Assembly: GCA_963803145.1 (NCBI GenBank)
Contig: CAWDLW010000008.1
Coordinates: 224,001 to 288,000, forward strand
DNA: 64,000 nucleotides
DNA from: Methanotrichaceae archaeon
GTDB taxonomy: Archaea > Halobacteriota > Methanosarcinia > Methanotrichales > Methanotrichaceae
Reading direction: 5' to 3'
In this document: one piece after another, positions 29,855 through 43,181 of the stretch
How the letters are laid out: each line of letters opens with the position of its first letter
Position numbering within the stretch: position 1 is the first letter of the stretch
Notes under the pieces: model-generated
Database searches by the model: none
Told to the model about the DNA's origin: nothing
What the model saw: the letters and a program-made list of their open reading frames with translations, nothing else
Made by a program: the position numbers and the translations under genes

Positions 29855-31954
29855 ATGCTCGAAATAAAAGATCTGAAAACCTGGCTTCCCAAGGAAGTAA
29901 TTCAGCTTTATGAGGCGCGGGGCATAACTGAGCTCTACCCGCCCCAGGCGGAGGCCGTAGAGCGTGGCCTGCTGGATGGCAAGAGCATGCTTCTTGCGAT
30001 GCCTACGGCAGCAGGAAAGACACTCCTCGCTGAGCTGGCAATGCTTGTCTCAGCCCTTAAGGGAAAGAGGTCTCTGTACATAGTACCTCTGAGAGCATTG
30101 GCCTCTGAAAAGTATGATTCATTTCGAAGATTCAAGGATCTTGGAGTCGATGTTGGTATCAGCACTGGTGACTTCGATAAAAGGGATGAGCGGCTGGGGA
30201 AAAACCAGATAATAATAGCAACCTCAGAGAAGGCAGATTCTCTAATCAGAAACGGCGCAAGCTGGATTCGGGATATCGGAGTTTTGGTAGTAGATGAGAT
30301 TCACCTTCTCAACTCTGCCAATCGTGGCCCAACTTTGGAGATGACGATAACAAAGCTGCTGCGGCTGAATCCCAAAATGCAAGTTATCGGCCTCTCCGCG
30401 ACGGTCGCCAATGGACAGGAGATTGCTGATTGGCTCAATTCTGATCTAGTCTCAAGCGATTGGAGGCCCATAAAGCTTAGAGAAGGAGTCATCTGCAACG
30501 GAAAGCTTGTTTTCCCCGACGGAGAGTCAGAGCTCAAGGGCAAGGATGAGGCGTTGGCCTTAGTTAAGGATACGCTTTCTCAGGATGCACAGATATTAAT
30601 CTTCGAAAGCAGTAGGCGTAACGCAGAGGCGATGGCAATACGGCTATCAGGCGAAATATCAATCGCTGATCCAGAGCTCGAGAAGCTTTCTGAGAGCATT
30701 CTTGGAACAGGCGAGAGCGAGACCTGCCGAAGGCTCGCTAATTGCGTTTCCCGAGGCGTCGCATTTCATCATGCGGGTCTTTTGCCTGAGCAGAGGAGGC
30801 TCGTTGAGGCAGGGTTTAGAGAGGGAAATGTGAAGATCATCGCCAGCACTCCCACGCTTGCTGCCGGCCTGAACCTTCCGGCACGCCGAGTGCTGATAAA
30901 AAGCTATAAACGCTATGAATCAGGCCTTGGGATGGTTCCAATTCCAGTAATTGAGTACCGCCAGATGGCAGGGCGTGCAGGCAGGCCGGGGCTCGATCCC
31001 TTCGGAGAGTCGCTCCTCATAGCGAAAAATGACTCTGAACTTCAGGATGTGACTGAACGTTATATCTTCGGACAGCCTGAGGATATCTGGTCGAAGCTTG
31101 CATCCGAGAGCGCGCTTAGAACTCATCTGCTGGCCACAATCACAGCAGGCTTCGCTGAAAGCATTTCAGGGCTGAAAGACTTCATATCCACTACATTTTA
31201 TGCTTACCAGCAGGACCCGTGGCATCTTGATATAACCATTGAGAGGGTGTTAGCGTTTCTGGAAGATAACGGAATGATTGAAGGATATAACGGGGACAAG
31301 GGCCTGAAGGCTACACATCTCGGATCGCTTGTTTCAAGGCTCTATATCGATCCATTGAGCGCAGTCATAATGATTGGGAACCTGAAGGATAAAAAGAAGC
31401 CGGCAGATCTGACTTTAATTCACCTCATAACCATGACCCCTGACATGGAGCTTCTCTACGTCCAGGCTGCAGATCGCTGGATTGAGGAATTCATCGATGA
31501 CAATCAGGAGGTTCTGAATGAGGAGGAGAACTACGACTTTCTCCTTCGGGAGGCCAAGACAGCTGCTATGCTGATGGATTGGATCAGTGAGATTAAAGAA
31601 GAGGAGATCAGCGATAGATACCACATTGGCCCTGGCGACATCCGCAGATCTGCAGAAACTGCAGAGTGGTTAATGCATTCTCTATCAGAGCTATCGAAGC
31701 ATTTGAGCATCGGGTTAACTTACAAGGCTGAGCAGCTGGCTCTGCGGATTCACTATGGAGCAGGTCCTGATTTGCTTTCGCTGATCGATCTGAAGGGCAT
31801 CGGCAGGGTCCGTGCCAGAAAGCTTTACCAGGCCGGATACACGAATATTGAGAAGCTGAAGGCGGCAAAGCTCGAGGATATCAGTCAGATAATTGGACCG
31901 AAGATCGCTGAAAATGTCATGGCACAGCTTAAACGAGAGGAGATCACGCTTTGA
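29855..31954 (+). CDS. hel308: ATP-dependent DNA helicase Hel308 (Ski2-like)
   Basis: PTAAGKT, DEIH, LSAT, FHHAGL, QMAGRAGRP, IGRVRARKLY. Confidence 0.95.
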   Translation: MLEIKDLKTWLPKEVIQLYEARGITELYPPQAEAVERGLLDGKSMLLAMPTAAGKTLLAELAMLVSALKGKRSLYIVPLRALASEKYDSFRRFKDLGVDVGISTGDFDKRDERLGKNQIIIATSEKADSLIRNGASWIRDIGVLVVDEIHLLNSANRGPTLEMTITKLLRLNPKMQVIGLSATVANGQEIADWLNSDLVSSDWRPIKLREGVICNGKLVFPDGESELKGKDEALALVKDTLSQDAQILIFESSRRNAEAMAIRLSGEISIADPELEKLSESILGTGESETCRRLANCVSRGVAFHHAGLLPEQRRLVEAGFREGNVKIIASTPTLAAGLNLPARRVLIKSYKRYESGLGMVPIPVIEYRQMAGRAGRPGLDPFGESLLIAKNDSELQDVTERYIFGQPEDIWSKLASESALRTHLLATITAGFAESISGLKDFISTTFYAYQQDPWHLDITIERVLAFLEDNGMIEGYNGDKGLKATHLGSLVSRLYIDPLSAVIMIGNLKDKKKPADLTLIHLITMTPDMELLYVQAADRWIEEFIDDNQEVLNEEENYDFLLREAKTAAMLMDWISEIKEEEISDRYHIGPGDIRRSAETAEWLMHSLSELSKHLSIGLTYKAEQLALRIHYGAGPDLLSLIDLKGIGRVRARKLYQAGYTNIEKLKAAKLEDISQIIGPKIAENVMAQLKREEITL

Positions 31955-33210
31955 AGTGGCTAACGGATATTTTCCATAAGAAACCTTCTGATAAAGCAGG
32001 ATGTATTGGGCTGTCCGGTCTCGAAACGTGGCTTGATGAAAAAGGCAGCGACCCTGATGCCGATAAGAGGCTAAAGGGCATTTATACCCAAATAGAAAAA
32101 GTGGCCGGAGATCTGGCCGAAGATGTGACGGCTCTGAATGCAGCGAGTCCAGATAAGGAAGCTCCTCCCAGGCTTCAAAAGGCAGGTCTCGCAGCAAGAG
32201 ATGCAGTTGCCAGCCAGATAAATACTCTCTCTGGAAAGCTAACCCCGCCCGAGGAATTTGAAGCAGCAAATGCAGCCGAATATCACTCGAGCCTTGTCAA
32301 AACATTAGGAAAGACTGTTACGATGTTTGGGCGATCTCAGCAGTTTGTCGCAGCCCTCTTTCCTAAAGAGGCAGAAAGCATCAATGCGAGACTTAACACG
32401 CTAAGCCATCTGATTGTTGAACTCGATAAGGAGATAGGCAAAAGGCGTGAAATTGTAGACGAGGTCAAGACGTCCAAAGAACTCCTGCAAAGGCTCCGAA
32501 AGGAGTGCGCAAAAATAAACGATCTCAACAGCAGTATTCGCAGCAAGGAAGAAACGCTCGCAGAACTTCGGGATTCAGCCAGGCATCTTCAGGAAGAGCT
32601 GGAAATGCTGGCATCTAGCGACGAAGGTCGAGAAGCCCAGAACCTAAAGACGGAGCTAAGCGAAAGTAGAAATGAGCTAAGCCGGATAGAAGCACAAATG
32701 GCGGATTTGATTGCTCCTCTGAATAAGGCGATAGCCAGGATAGTGAAGCAAGATGCAAGCGATAGGCTTAGTCTCGATCATAGGAAGGCTTTCGAGCTGC
32801 TGTCTAAATCGCCGGCAGAGGCTCTGGATAATGATATCACTGAGCCACTCCGGGAGCTGAAATCCAAAATTGACCTTCTTGGGATAAAGGACAAAAAACG
32901 AGAGAAAATCGCTGAGCAAATCGATTGCCTTATCAGAGAGAAGCCGCTTGTTGCTCTCAAGGCAAAGCACTCTCTAGTCCAAAAGCAGATAAACAATTTG
33001 CAGGAAATGCTTCAAAAAAGCAGCCTGAAGACTTTTAAGCTTGAAGAGGAACAGAGGCGGATAAACGATCAGATCTCCAGGTTTGAAGCCGATCTTGCCC
33101 AGGAGAAGGGACACCTCGTAGCTTTGGAGGAGCGAGCCGCCGGAGATAAAGCCGAACTACTCGCAAAGATGGAAGAGCTGGCTGGCAGACCCGTTGAGAT
33201 TGATTTTTGA
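31951..33210 (+). CDS. Coiled-coil hypothetical protein
   Basis: Long heptad-rich ORF translationally coupled to hel308. Confidence 0.75.
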   Translation: MKWLTDIFHKKPSDKAGCIGLSGLETWLDEKGSDPDADKRLKGIYTQIEKVAGDLAEDVTALNAASPDKEAPPRLQKAGLAARDAVASQINTLSGKLTPPEEFEAANAAEYHSSLVKTLGKTVTMFGRSQQFVAALFPKEAESINARLNTLSHLIVELDKEIGKRREIVDEVKTSKELLQRLRKECAKINDLNSSIRSKEETLAELRDSARHLQEELEMLASSDEGREAQNLKTELSESRNELSRIEAQMADLIAPLNKAIARIVKQDASDRLSLDHRKAFELLSKSPAEALDNDITEPLRELKSKIDLLGIKDKKREKIAEQIDCLIREKPLVALKAKHSLVQKQINNLQEMLQKSSLKTFKLEEEQRRINDQISRFEADLAQEKGHLVALEERAAGDKAELLAKMEELAGRPVEIDF

Positions 33211-33228
33211 AGGAACCTTGAGGAACTA

Positions 33229-34059
33229 ATGCAGGTAAATCTGGGCGGAATTGTACACCTATCGACTGTCGACTGGCCAGGGAGAGCAGCGATGGTTATC
33301 TTCTTAAGGGGCTGTCCGCTTGCCTGTTCTCACTGCCATAACCGCGAGCTACAGATGGGAGAGACATTTGTCGAGCTATCCAAAGTTCTTGGCCATATCA
33401 AGGTTATAAAAGAGATCGAGCATATCGCAGATCAGCTGACCCTTGAAGAAGCCATCAGTATGACAGAGGCTGAACCATTTCTAAGTGCACTTGTGCTATC
33501 GGGTGGTGAGCCTTTGATGCAGTCTAATGCAGTAGCTGCTCTCGCGAACCTGGCAAGGGGCCTCGGCATGAATGTAGGTATAGAGACCTGCGGCTACTAT
33601 TATGATCACCTGCAGGGGATTTTGAACAAAGGCTTGGCCGATAGGATTTTCCTCGATATCAAAGCGCCTTTGAGGGAGCCAGAGTACCTTGCAGTAACAG
33701 GCAAAAAGGGCTCAGCCTTACGAGCCTTGAAGAGCCTCAAGATATGCATAAAGTCAGAAGTTCCTTTTGAGGTCAGGACAACGGTTTTTCCTGAAACGCA
33801 ATCCTTACGTGTGCAGGATATTGCAACTACATTGTCGGATCTGTTGGTTAAGTCCCCTGAAAATCAGTTTGATGCGCTTGTGCTCCAGCAGGGCCAACCA
33901 AGAGACCGGGAGTTTGAGCCTGTATCATTGGAGAGCTTAAAAACGCTTGCAGAATCGATTGGAGATTTGAGAGTCGAGGTAAGGGCTGCATCACTCGCGA
34001 AGGTTAATAAGGCAGATAATTCAGAGATTCCCAAGCCGACGGATGTGAGGACGGATTGA
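33229..34059 (+). CDS. Radical SAM protein, anaerobic ribonucleotide reductase activating enzyme (NrdG2)-like
   Basis: STVDWPG..A.VIFLRGCPLACSHCHN, LSGGEP, DIKAP, FEVRTT. Confidence 0.85.
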   Translation: MQVNLGGIVHLSTVDWPGRAAMVIFLRGCPLACSHCHNRELQMGETFVELSKVLGHIKVIKEIEHIADQLTLEEAISMTEAEPFLSALVLSGGEPLMQSNAVAALANLARGLGMNVGIETCGYYYDHLQGILNKGLADRIFLDIKAPLREPEYLAVTGKKGSALRALKSLKICIKSEVPFEVRTTVFPETQSLRVQDIATTLSDLLVKSPENQFDALVLQQGQPRDREFEPVSLESLKTLAESIGDLRVEVRAASLAKVNKADNSEIPKPTDVRTD

Positions 34060-34637
34060 AGATCATCGGATTTGTGGGCATGCCCGGCTCAGGCAAGGGT
34101 GAAGCTTCAGATGTGGCACGCAGCATGGGTCTTGTGGTAGTAGTAATGGGAGATATTATCCGCCTGGAGGCCGCTCGCCAGGGCCTTGAATTGACTGATG
34201 AGAACCTCGGAAAGGTCGGCAACCTGCTCAGATCCCAAGAAGGACCGGAGGCCGTTGCCAGAAGGACGCTGGATATAGCAGAGTCGTCCGGAAAGGATCT
34301 CGTAGTAGTAGACGGCATTAGAAGCAAGGCCGAGGTCGATTTCTTCAGAGAGCATGCTGAGGACTTTCACCTGATCGAGGTCTGGACCCCTCCTTATGCA
34401 AGATTAAATAGGGTAATAGCGCGTGGGCGATCTGATGATGCAGACGACGGCGGCATTGTTCTTCAAAAAAGAGACTGCAGGGAGCTTGGATGGGGAATGA
34501 ATGAAGCCATTTCGCAGGCTGATCTCAGGCTTAAGAACGATGGCGATCTTAAGATTTTTAAGGGATCTGTACAAAAGTTATTGGAAGATATTATATCCTG
34601 CAGCGCCGTTAATTTCAAAGAGCAATCTAAATCATGA
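34056..34637 (+). CDS. P-loop kinase, UPF0200 / dephospho-CoA kinase-like
   Basis: GMPGSGK, MGDIIR, VVDGIRS, RGRSDD, RD.RELGWG. Confidence 0.82.
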   Translation: MKIIGFVGMPGSGKGEASDVARSMGLVVVVMGDIIRLEAARQGLELTDENLGKVGNLLRSQEGPEAVARRTLDIAESSGKDLVVVDGIRSKAEVDFFREHAEDFHLIEVWTPPYARLNRVIARGRSDDADDGGIVLQKRDCRELGWGMNEAISQADLRLKNDGDLKIFKGSVQKLLEDIISCSAVNFKEQSKS

Positions 34638-34754
34638 GGCCATATATCGCTCATCCATCAAGGGGTGCAGGACTTATAAAATTTTAAATAGGTTTAGAGC
34701 CTAGTATCTCTTATCCTAAATAACGTTCAATATAATACTGAGAGAGGAAAAAAC

Positions 34755-35000
34755 ATGGAGGCGGATAAGATTCAGCAGTTTAAGGACAAGCTTGCCCTTG
34801 ATGAGATTGGGAATATGGAGATAACCTTGCCCTCAACGAATTTAGAGGAATATATGAGAGTTTTGAAGCTCGCAAGAAAGCCCGACTATGAGGAGTTCAT
34901 CAATATATCTCAAATCTCAATGGCTGGAATTGGCATCATCGGCGTAATAGGCTTTCTTTTATACGCCCTGCTGACGGAGCTTCCAAAAACTCTTAGATAA
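34755..35000 (+). CDS. secE: Protein translocase subunit SecE / Sec61-gamma
   Basis: EYMRVLKLARKPDYEEF followed by TM GIGIIGVIGFLLY. Confidence 0.88.
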   Translation: MEADKIQQFKDKLALDEIGNMEITLPSTNLEEYMRVLKLARKPDYEEFINISQISMAGIGIIGVIGFLLYALLTELPKTLR

Positions 35001-35073
35001 TGATCTTTAGATCTATCCCTTTGAAGTGGTTGCCGGTAGGATTTGGTTCCAAGCAATCCACCGCAAGATTTAT

Positions 35074-35102
35074 CTAACCCGAAGTTACTAACATAAAGTT
35101 TA
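35074..35102. promoter_or_regulatory. Tandem HSR1-type heat-shock operators CTAAC-N5-GTTAC and CTAAC-N5-GTTTA
   Basis: Near matches to the Archaeoglobus HSR1 motif CTAAC-N5-GTTAG, between TATA-like TTTATCT (~35069) and the arsR start. Confidence 0.72.
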
Positions 35103-35106
35103 TTGA

Positions 35107-37925
<2,819 letters not shown>

Positions 37926-37932
37926 TAGGGCC

Positions 37933-39933
37933 TTGACAAAATCAGAACAGGAGCTAAAGTACAATTTAAAGCATCAGCTATATGAGTCAGGAAAGCCAAA
38001 TGAAGATAAGAGGGCCGAAGACTTGACTATAGAAGATGAATCCAAAGAGCTGCTTGGCGATATTGATTTTAAGGATACGAGCAGCGTTAAAGTGCCTGAG
38101 AATCTTATCGATCAGGTGATCGGCCAGGATGAATCTGTTGAGGTTATAAAAAAGGCGGCCCGCCAAAGACGCCATGTCATGCTCATCGGATCTCCGGGAA
38201 CTGGTAAATCCATGCTCGGAAAAGCGATGGCAGAGCTGCTTCCAGTGGAAGAGCTGCAGGATGTTCTTGTTTACCATAATCCAGAGGATAACAACATTCC
38301 GCGTGTCAGGGTAGTGCCCGCCGGAAGAGGCAAGCAGATAGTCGATGCCCAGAAGATGGAGGCCAGGAAGAAGACGCAGACGCGCAACATGTTCTTCATG
38401 TTGATTGTGATGGCCTTGTTAGTCTACGCATATTACACGGGCCAGCTGCTCTTCGGCATAATAGCAGCAGCTCTTATATTTTTATCAATGCGCTATATGC
38501 TGCCTAAAGAGGATGCCATTGTTCCAAAGCTGCTTGTAGACAACAACGGCAAGAAAAAGGCTCCATATGTCGATGCAACGGGGGCACATGCAGGAGCACT
38601 ATTGGGCGATGTCAGGCATGATCCATTCCAGTCTGGCGGCCTTGAGACGCCTTCGCACGAAAGGGTTGAATCCGGTGCAATTCACAGAGCCCATAAAGGC
38701 GTCCTGTTTATAGATGAGGTCAATACGCTGAGGCTTGAGTCACAGCAGAGCCTGCTCACTGCCCTTCAAGAGGGAGAGTACCAGATCACAGGCCAAAGCG
38801 AGCGCTCCTCCGGCGCATTAGTAAGAACAGAGCCTGTTCCGTGCAGCTTCATTATGATTATCGCTGGAAACCTGGATGCAGTCCAGGGTATGCATCCTGC
38901 GCTCAGGTCGCGTATCAAAGGATATGGATACGAGGTCTATATGCGGGATACAATGGACGATACGCTCGAAAACCGCAACAAGCTCATAAGGTTCGTTGCC
39001 CAAGAGGTAGTCCGAGACGGAAAGATACCTCACTTCACTCACGATGCAGTAGCTGAGATTATGCGTGAGGCCAAGAGAAGAGCTGGCAGGAAAGGCCATC
39101 TGACGCTTATGCTCCGCGATCTGGGCGGTCTGATAAGAGTTTCCGGAGATATTGCTCGAGCAGAGGGAACATCCCTCACAGAGGTTAGCCATGTCCTGCA
39201 GGCCAAGAAGATGGCAAGATCTGTTGAGCAGCAGCTGGCAGACCGCTACCTCGAGAGGCGCAAGGATTACAGCATGTTCCACTCCACCGGCGATGAGATC
39301 GGGAGAGTCAACGGCCTGGCTGTCATGGGAGATTCAGGAATTGTCCTGCCGATCATGGCCGAGGTAACTCCTGCCCAGTCCAAAGAAGAGGGCAAGGTCA
39401 TAGCAACAGGCAAGCTGCAGGAGATCGCCAAGGAGGCGGTGACAAACGTTTCCGCCCTGATCAAGAAGTTCATGGGAGAGGACATCACAAGCAAGGATGT
39501 CCATATTCAGTTCATTGGAACCTACGAGGGCGTGGAAGGAGACAGCGCATCTATATCAATAGCAACAGCAGTGATCTCTGCTCTCGAGGGCGTTCCAGTC
39601 AGGCAAACAGTTGCAATGACGGGCTCTCTGTCAGTCCGCGGCGACGTCCTGCCTGTCGGCGGTGTGACCCAGAAGATTGAGGCAGCAGTGCAGGCGGGCA
39701 TTGGGACGGTGCTTATACCCAGATCGAACCTTGGCGATGTATTGATAGATGAATCCTTCAAGGATAAGGTGAAGATCATACCAGTCTCAACAATCGGCGA
39801 GGTATTCGAGTATGCAATGGTCGGCCAAAGGACGAGGCTGATCGAGAAGCTCAAGAAGTTCGCTGCCGAGAAGGCGATAGGCATAAGTCTTCCTGAACCT
39901 ATCACTTCTCCTTCAGGAGCCTTTGATATCTGA
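37933..39933 (+). CDS. lonB: ATP-dependent protease LonB (membrane-anchored)
   Basis: GSPGTGKS, TM insert, GDVRHDPFQSGGL, EGDSASI catalytic Ser, KIEAA. Confidence 0.96.
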   Translation: MTKSEQELKYNLKHQLYESGKPNEDKRAEDLTIEDESKELLGDIDFKDTSSVKVPENLIDQVIGQDESVEVIKKAARQRRHVMLIGSPGTGKSMLGKAMAELLPVEELQDVLVYHNPEDNNIPRVRVVPAGRGKQIVDAQKMEARKKTQTRNMFFMLIVMALLVYAYYTGQLLFGIIAAALIFLSMRYMLPKEDAIVPKLLVDNNGKKKAPYVDATGAHAGALLGDVRHDPFQSGGLETPSHERVESGAIHRAHKGVLFIDEVNTLRLESQQSLLTALQEGEYQITGQSERSSGALVRTEPVPCSFIMIIAGNLDAVQGMHPALRSRIKGYGYEVYMRDTMDDTLENRNKLIRFVAQEVVRDGKIPHFTHDAVAEIMREAKRRAGRKGHLTLMLRDLGGLIRVSGDIARAEGTSLTEVSHVLQAKKMARSVEQQLADRYLERRKDYSMFHSTGDEIGRVNGLAVMGDSGIVLPIMAEVTPAQSKEEGKVIATGKLQEIAKEAVTNVSALIKKFMGEDITSKDVHIQFIGTYEGVEGDSASISIATAVISALEGVPVRQTVAMTGSLSVRGDVLPVGGVTQKIEAAVQAGIGTVLIPRSNLGDVLIDESFKDKVKIIPVSTIGEVFEYAMVGQRTRLIEKLKKFAAEKAIGISLPEPITSPSGAFDI

Positions 39934-41252
39934 TGTCTGACTCTGATTTCTACGATGTCCGAGTTTTAAGGGGCAGTCTGACAAGGATAATATTAGATAA
40001 CGGCAAGCTCGATGAGATCTCTGAGGCACCTTTTCAGGGAGCATCTGTGCGTGCCCTGTCAGGTGGAGCCTGGGGTTTTGTTACCACAGATAATATTGAT
40101 GGGCTGGAGAAAGAGATCGATCTTGCGAAGAGGATGGCCCGGAAGATCGGCAAAAAGGAGCTGAAGCTTGCAGAGGCTCCATCCGGACGGAGCCAAACCA
40201 TTCCAGTTAAGAAGGACCCTAGGGATCTCTCTCTTGAAGAGAAGGTCGAGCTTCTGAGGGAGATCGAAAACGCGGCGAAGATTAAGGGAATATCAAGTAC
40301 CCAAGCGGTCTACTCTGAGGTCGAGATAAATGCCCATTACATGAATTCAGAGAGTTTGGATCTGGACTGCGAAATAACAAGGATGGGCTATGTAATAAGT
40401 GCCGTCGCCAATCGCGACGGCCTTTACCAGGCCAGCGGCGAAGGCAGGGCAGGTATCGGCGGCCTAGAGATTTTTGATAAAGAGGATCCTATTGCCCTTG
40501 CAAAGCAGGTAGGCCAGATGGCAGTGGCTCTTTTGGATGCCGAGGCTCCGAAAGGAGGAAGCTTCCCGGTTGTTCTTGATCAGGAGCTTGCAGGTGTGTT
40601 CGCCCATGAGGCAGTGGGACATGCAACCGAGGCTGACATAATCCTGGAGGGCGGATCGTGCTTTGAGGGAATGCTGGGGCAACAAATCGGCTCAGAGCTT
40701 GTAACAGTCAAGGATGATCCAAGCATGATGCAGAACGGCTATTATCCGTTCGATGATGAGGGAAGCCTTTCTCAGGAGACTGTTCTTGTTAAAAATGGAA
40801 TCCTGAACTCGTACCTCCACTCTCGTGAGACTGCAGGGAGAATGGGCGGTGTGCCGAGAAACGCACGGGCTCAAGGAACGGACAGGCCGATTGTACGCAT
40901 GAGCAACACCTATATCGCCAACGGCGACTGGAAGCTCGACGAGATCTTCGAGGATCTTGGGGATGGGGTTTACCTGATGGGAAGCCGTGGCGGCCAGGTG
41001 AACACTGCAGAGGGCGTTTTCCAGTTCAATGCCAAGCGCGGCTATCTCGTGGAGAACGGCGAGAAGACCAAGCTGCTCAGAGACGTTTCGCTTTCAGGAA
41101 AGATTATGGAGATCCTGAAAGAAGTGAAGGCAGTTGGGAGCGACCTTAAGTTCAACTCCGGCAGATGCGGCAAAGGCGGGCAGCTCGTGCCAGTGAGCGA
41201 TGGGTCGCCACACTTGCTGATTGGGAAGGCGACGGTGGGCGGGGCAGGATAA
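39933..41252 (+). CDS. tldD: TldD/PmbA family metalloprotease (TldD)
   Basis: HEAVGH, FDDEG, RMSNT, CGKGGQ.VPVSDGSP. Confidence 0.92.
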   Translation: MSDSDFYDVRVLRGSLTRIILDNGKLDEISEAPFQGASVRALSGGAWGFVTTDNIDGLEKEIDLAKRMARKIGKKELKLAEAPSGRSQTIPVKKDPRDLSLEEKVELLREIENAAKIKGISSTQAVYSEVEINAHYMNSESLDLDCEITRMGYVISAVANRDGLYQASGEGRAGIGGLEIFDKEDPIALAKQVGQMAVALLDAEAPKGGSFPVVLDQELAGVFAHEAVGHATEADIILEGGSCFEGMLGQQIGSELVTVKDDPSMMQNGYYPFDDEGSLSQETVLVKNGILNSYLHSRETAGRMGGVPRNARAQGTDRPIVRMSNTYIANGDWKLDEIFEDLGDGVYLMGSRGGQVNTAEGVFQFNAKRGYLVENGEKTKLLRDVSLSGKIMEILKEVKAVGSDLKFNSGRCGKGGQLVPVSDGSPHLLIGKATVGGAG

Positions 41253-41371
41253 ATTAATTTTTCTTCATTTCTTAATCATCCGACAAGCGATTTCGTTCCA
41301 AATGATAGCAATATTTTTAATCTACAATTGTTTAGCAGCTTTGCAGAGAATGATTTTAAGCATAGACAGCA

Positions 41372-42547
41372 ATGACGATCTCTGTGAAAGATAAGTCCCT
41401 TGCAGTTCTGGCAGATACATATGCTTCACCTCTATTTCTGAATACATTGGTCAGAGAGGGCATACCAGCTTTTGCCCAAGGTGATAGACTTAAAGAAGAG
41501 TTCAAAAGATACCGCCGTGATCTGCTGCTACTGGATAAAGCTGATGCTTTGAATATAATCGCTCAGCCTGATAGCCAATTATTATTAAACTCTGAGATCT
41601 TCTTGCCGTGCCTGATCGATCATGGAGATTCCTCAAAGGCAGAAGCCATCAGAACCTTCAAGGACAAGCCCGAATTCAGGCAGCTTTTAAGCAAGTCTTT
41701 TCCAGATTACTTCTTCACTGAAGCCAAGGCGGATGAGCTTAAAAATATCGATCTACCTTCTGGAAGGGATTATGTAATCAAGCCGTCATCCGGCTTTTCA
41801 GGAGCAGGAGTAGCGAGGATAAAAGGCTCGAAAGATCTGCGTGAAAAGGCAGATGATCTGCTCAGCGAGGTCGGGCAAAATACGGGATCGATCAGCTCTG
41901 ATCTCCTAAGCTCAGACAGGTTTCTGATAGAAGAGCACATAAAAGGCGAAGAGATAGCATGCGATGCATATTTCAATTCTAAAGGAGAGCCGGTTATTTT
42001 AGGAATCTATGATCATCCTCTGATGGATGAAGATGATTTCAGGGATATCCTCTATTATACTAGCCCCGATTTGGTCAAAAAAATGCATCCTGGAATAGAG
42101 GATTTTCTGCGAAGGCTATCTTCACAGATGGCTGTTAAAAACTTCCCTGTACATGCCGAATTCAGACTTCAGAAAAATAGGCTCATGCCAATAGAGATCA
42201 ATCCCATGAAGTTCGGCAGCTTCAGCCTGCCGGATTTGACCTTCTTTGCCTTCATGCTGAACCCTTACAAATACTATTATAATGAACAGAAGCCCGACTG
42301 GGAGGAGTTTCTTCCTAAGGCTCAGGGCAAGATCTTCTATCGCGTGCTCAGCAGAATGAAAGCTCCACTTGCGGAGGGCGTTAAACCCGATCATGACGAA
42401 TTCGCTTCTGACTTTCCGGATCTAGTTGGCTATTGCAAGCTGGATCCAAAGAGATATCCGGCCTTCTCCATTGCCTTCGGCCGAGCCGATAATGCCGATG
42501 AGTTAAAAAGGTATCTGAAGGTCGATTTCCATGACTATATCTCATGA
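41372..42547 (+). CDS. ATP-grasp domain protein of unknown substrate
   Basis: FKDK..FR, VIKPSSGFSG.GV, LIEEHI.G.E...D, HAEFR, PIEINP. Confidence 0.8.
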   Translation: MTISVKDKSLAVLADTYASPLFLNTLVREGIPAFAQGDRLKEEFKRYRRDLLLLDKADALNIIAQPDSQLLLNSEIFLPCLIDHGDSSKAEAIRTFKDKPEFRQLLSKSFPDYFFTEAKADELKNIDLPSGRDYVIKPSSGFSGAGVARIKGSKDLREKADDLLSEVGQNTGSISSDLLSSDRFLIEEHIKGEEIACDAYFNSKGEPVILGIYDHPLMDEDDFRDILYYTSPDLVKKMHPGIEDFLRRLSSQMAVKNFPVHAEFRLQKNRLMPIEINPMKFGSFSLPDLTFFAFMLNPYKYYYNEQKPDWEEFLPKAQGKIFYRVLSRMKAPLAEGVKPDHDEFASDFPDLVGYCKLDPKRYPAFSIAFGRADNADELKRYLKVDFHDYIS

Positions 42548-42621
42548 TCTGAAATTATCATCTGAAATAATGATCTTAGGTTATTATCTGAAACAATGAT
42601 CTAAGGTTATGATCTTAACAT
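42544..42621 (+). repeat. Degenerate 13-bp tandem repeat x6 (ATGATCTGAAATT-like)
   Basis: atgatctgaaatt/atcatctgaaata/atgatcttaggtt/attatctgaaaca/atgatctaaggtt/atgatcttaacat. Confidence 0.8.
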
Positions 42622-42678
42622 TAATATTTCAAGGGAAAACTAAATAAGCCTGATGGATAATTAAGACTGGGATGTAAG

Positions 42679-43041
42679 ATGCCTGGTATAATCTTTTTTG
42701 AGGTGCCTGCTGACGATGTTGACAGGGCAAAGGGCTTCTATTCGGACATCTTCGATTGGAGGATTAACTGCAAACCGGAAAGGGATTACTGTGAGATCAA
42801 TACCAATGACAGCACCGGCATGACCTGTGGCGGCATGCTGAGGAGGGTGCATCCGGAGCAGAGAATAACAAACTATATCGATGTCCCTTCGGTTGATGAG
42901 TACTCTGAAAAAGTAGAGGAATTGGGGGGCAAGGTAATCCTTCCCAAGAAGGCTGTGCCTGCGATGGGATATTTCGCGATCTGTCAGGATACGGAAGGAA
43001 ATGCCTTCATACTCTGGGAAAGCGATGATCAGGCTCGATGA
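42679..43041 (+). CDS. VOC (glyoxalase/bleomycin resistance) family protein
   Basis: FEVPADDVDRAKGFYSDIFDW, GGKVI.PK, DTEGN.F.LWE. Confidence 0.9.
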   Translation: MPGIIFFEVPADDVDRAKGFYSDIFDWRINCKPERDYCEINTNDSTGMTCGGMLRRVHPEQRITNYIDVPSVDEYSEKVEELGGKVILPKKAVPAMGYFAICQDTEGNAFILWESDDQAR

Positions 43042-43181
43042 GCGACAATTTATTTTTCAATTAAAAAATAGTGCTATTTGAGAATATAATATAGTGATTT
43101 TAGTATGTATTTAAAAAGCATTTTGTAAGTTAACGCTAAATATGTAAACGTTATAGAACAGGTAGTAAGAAAATCTCAGTA

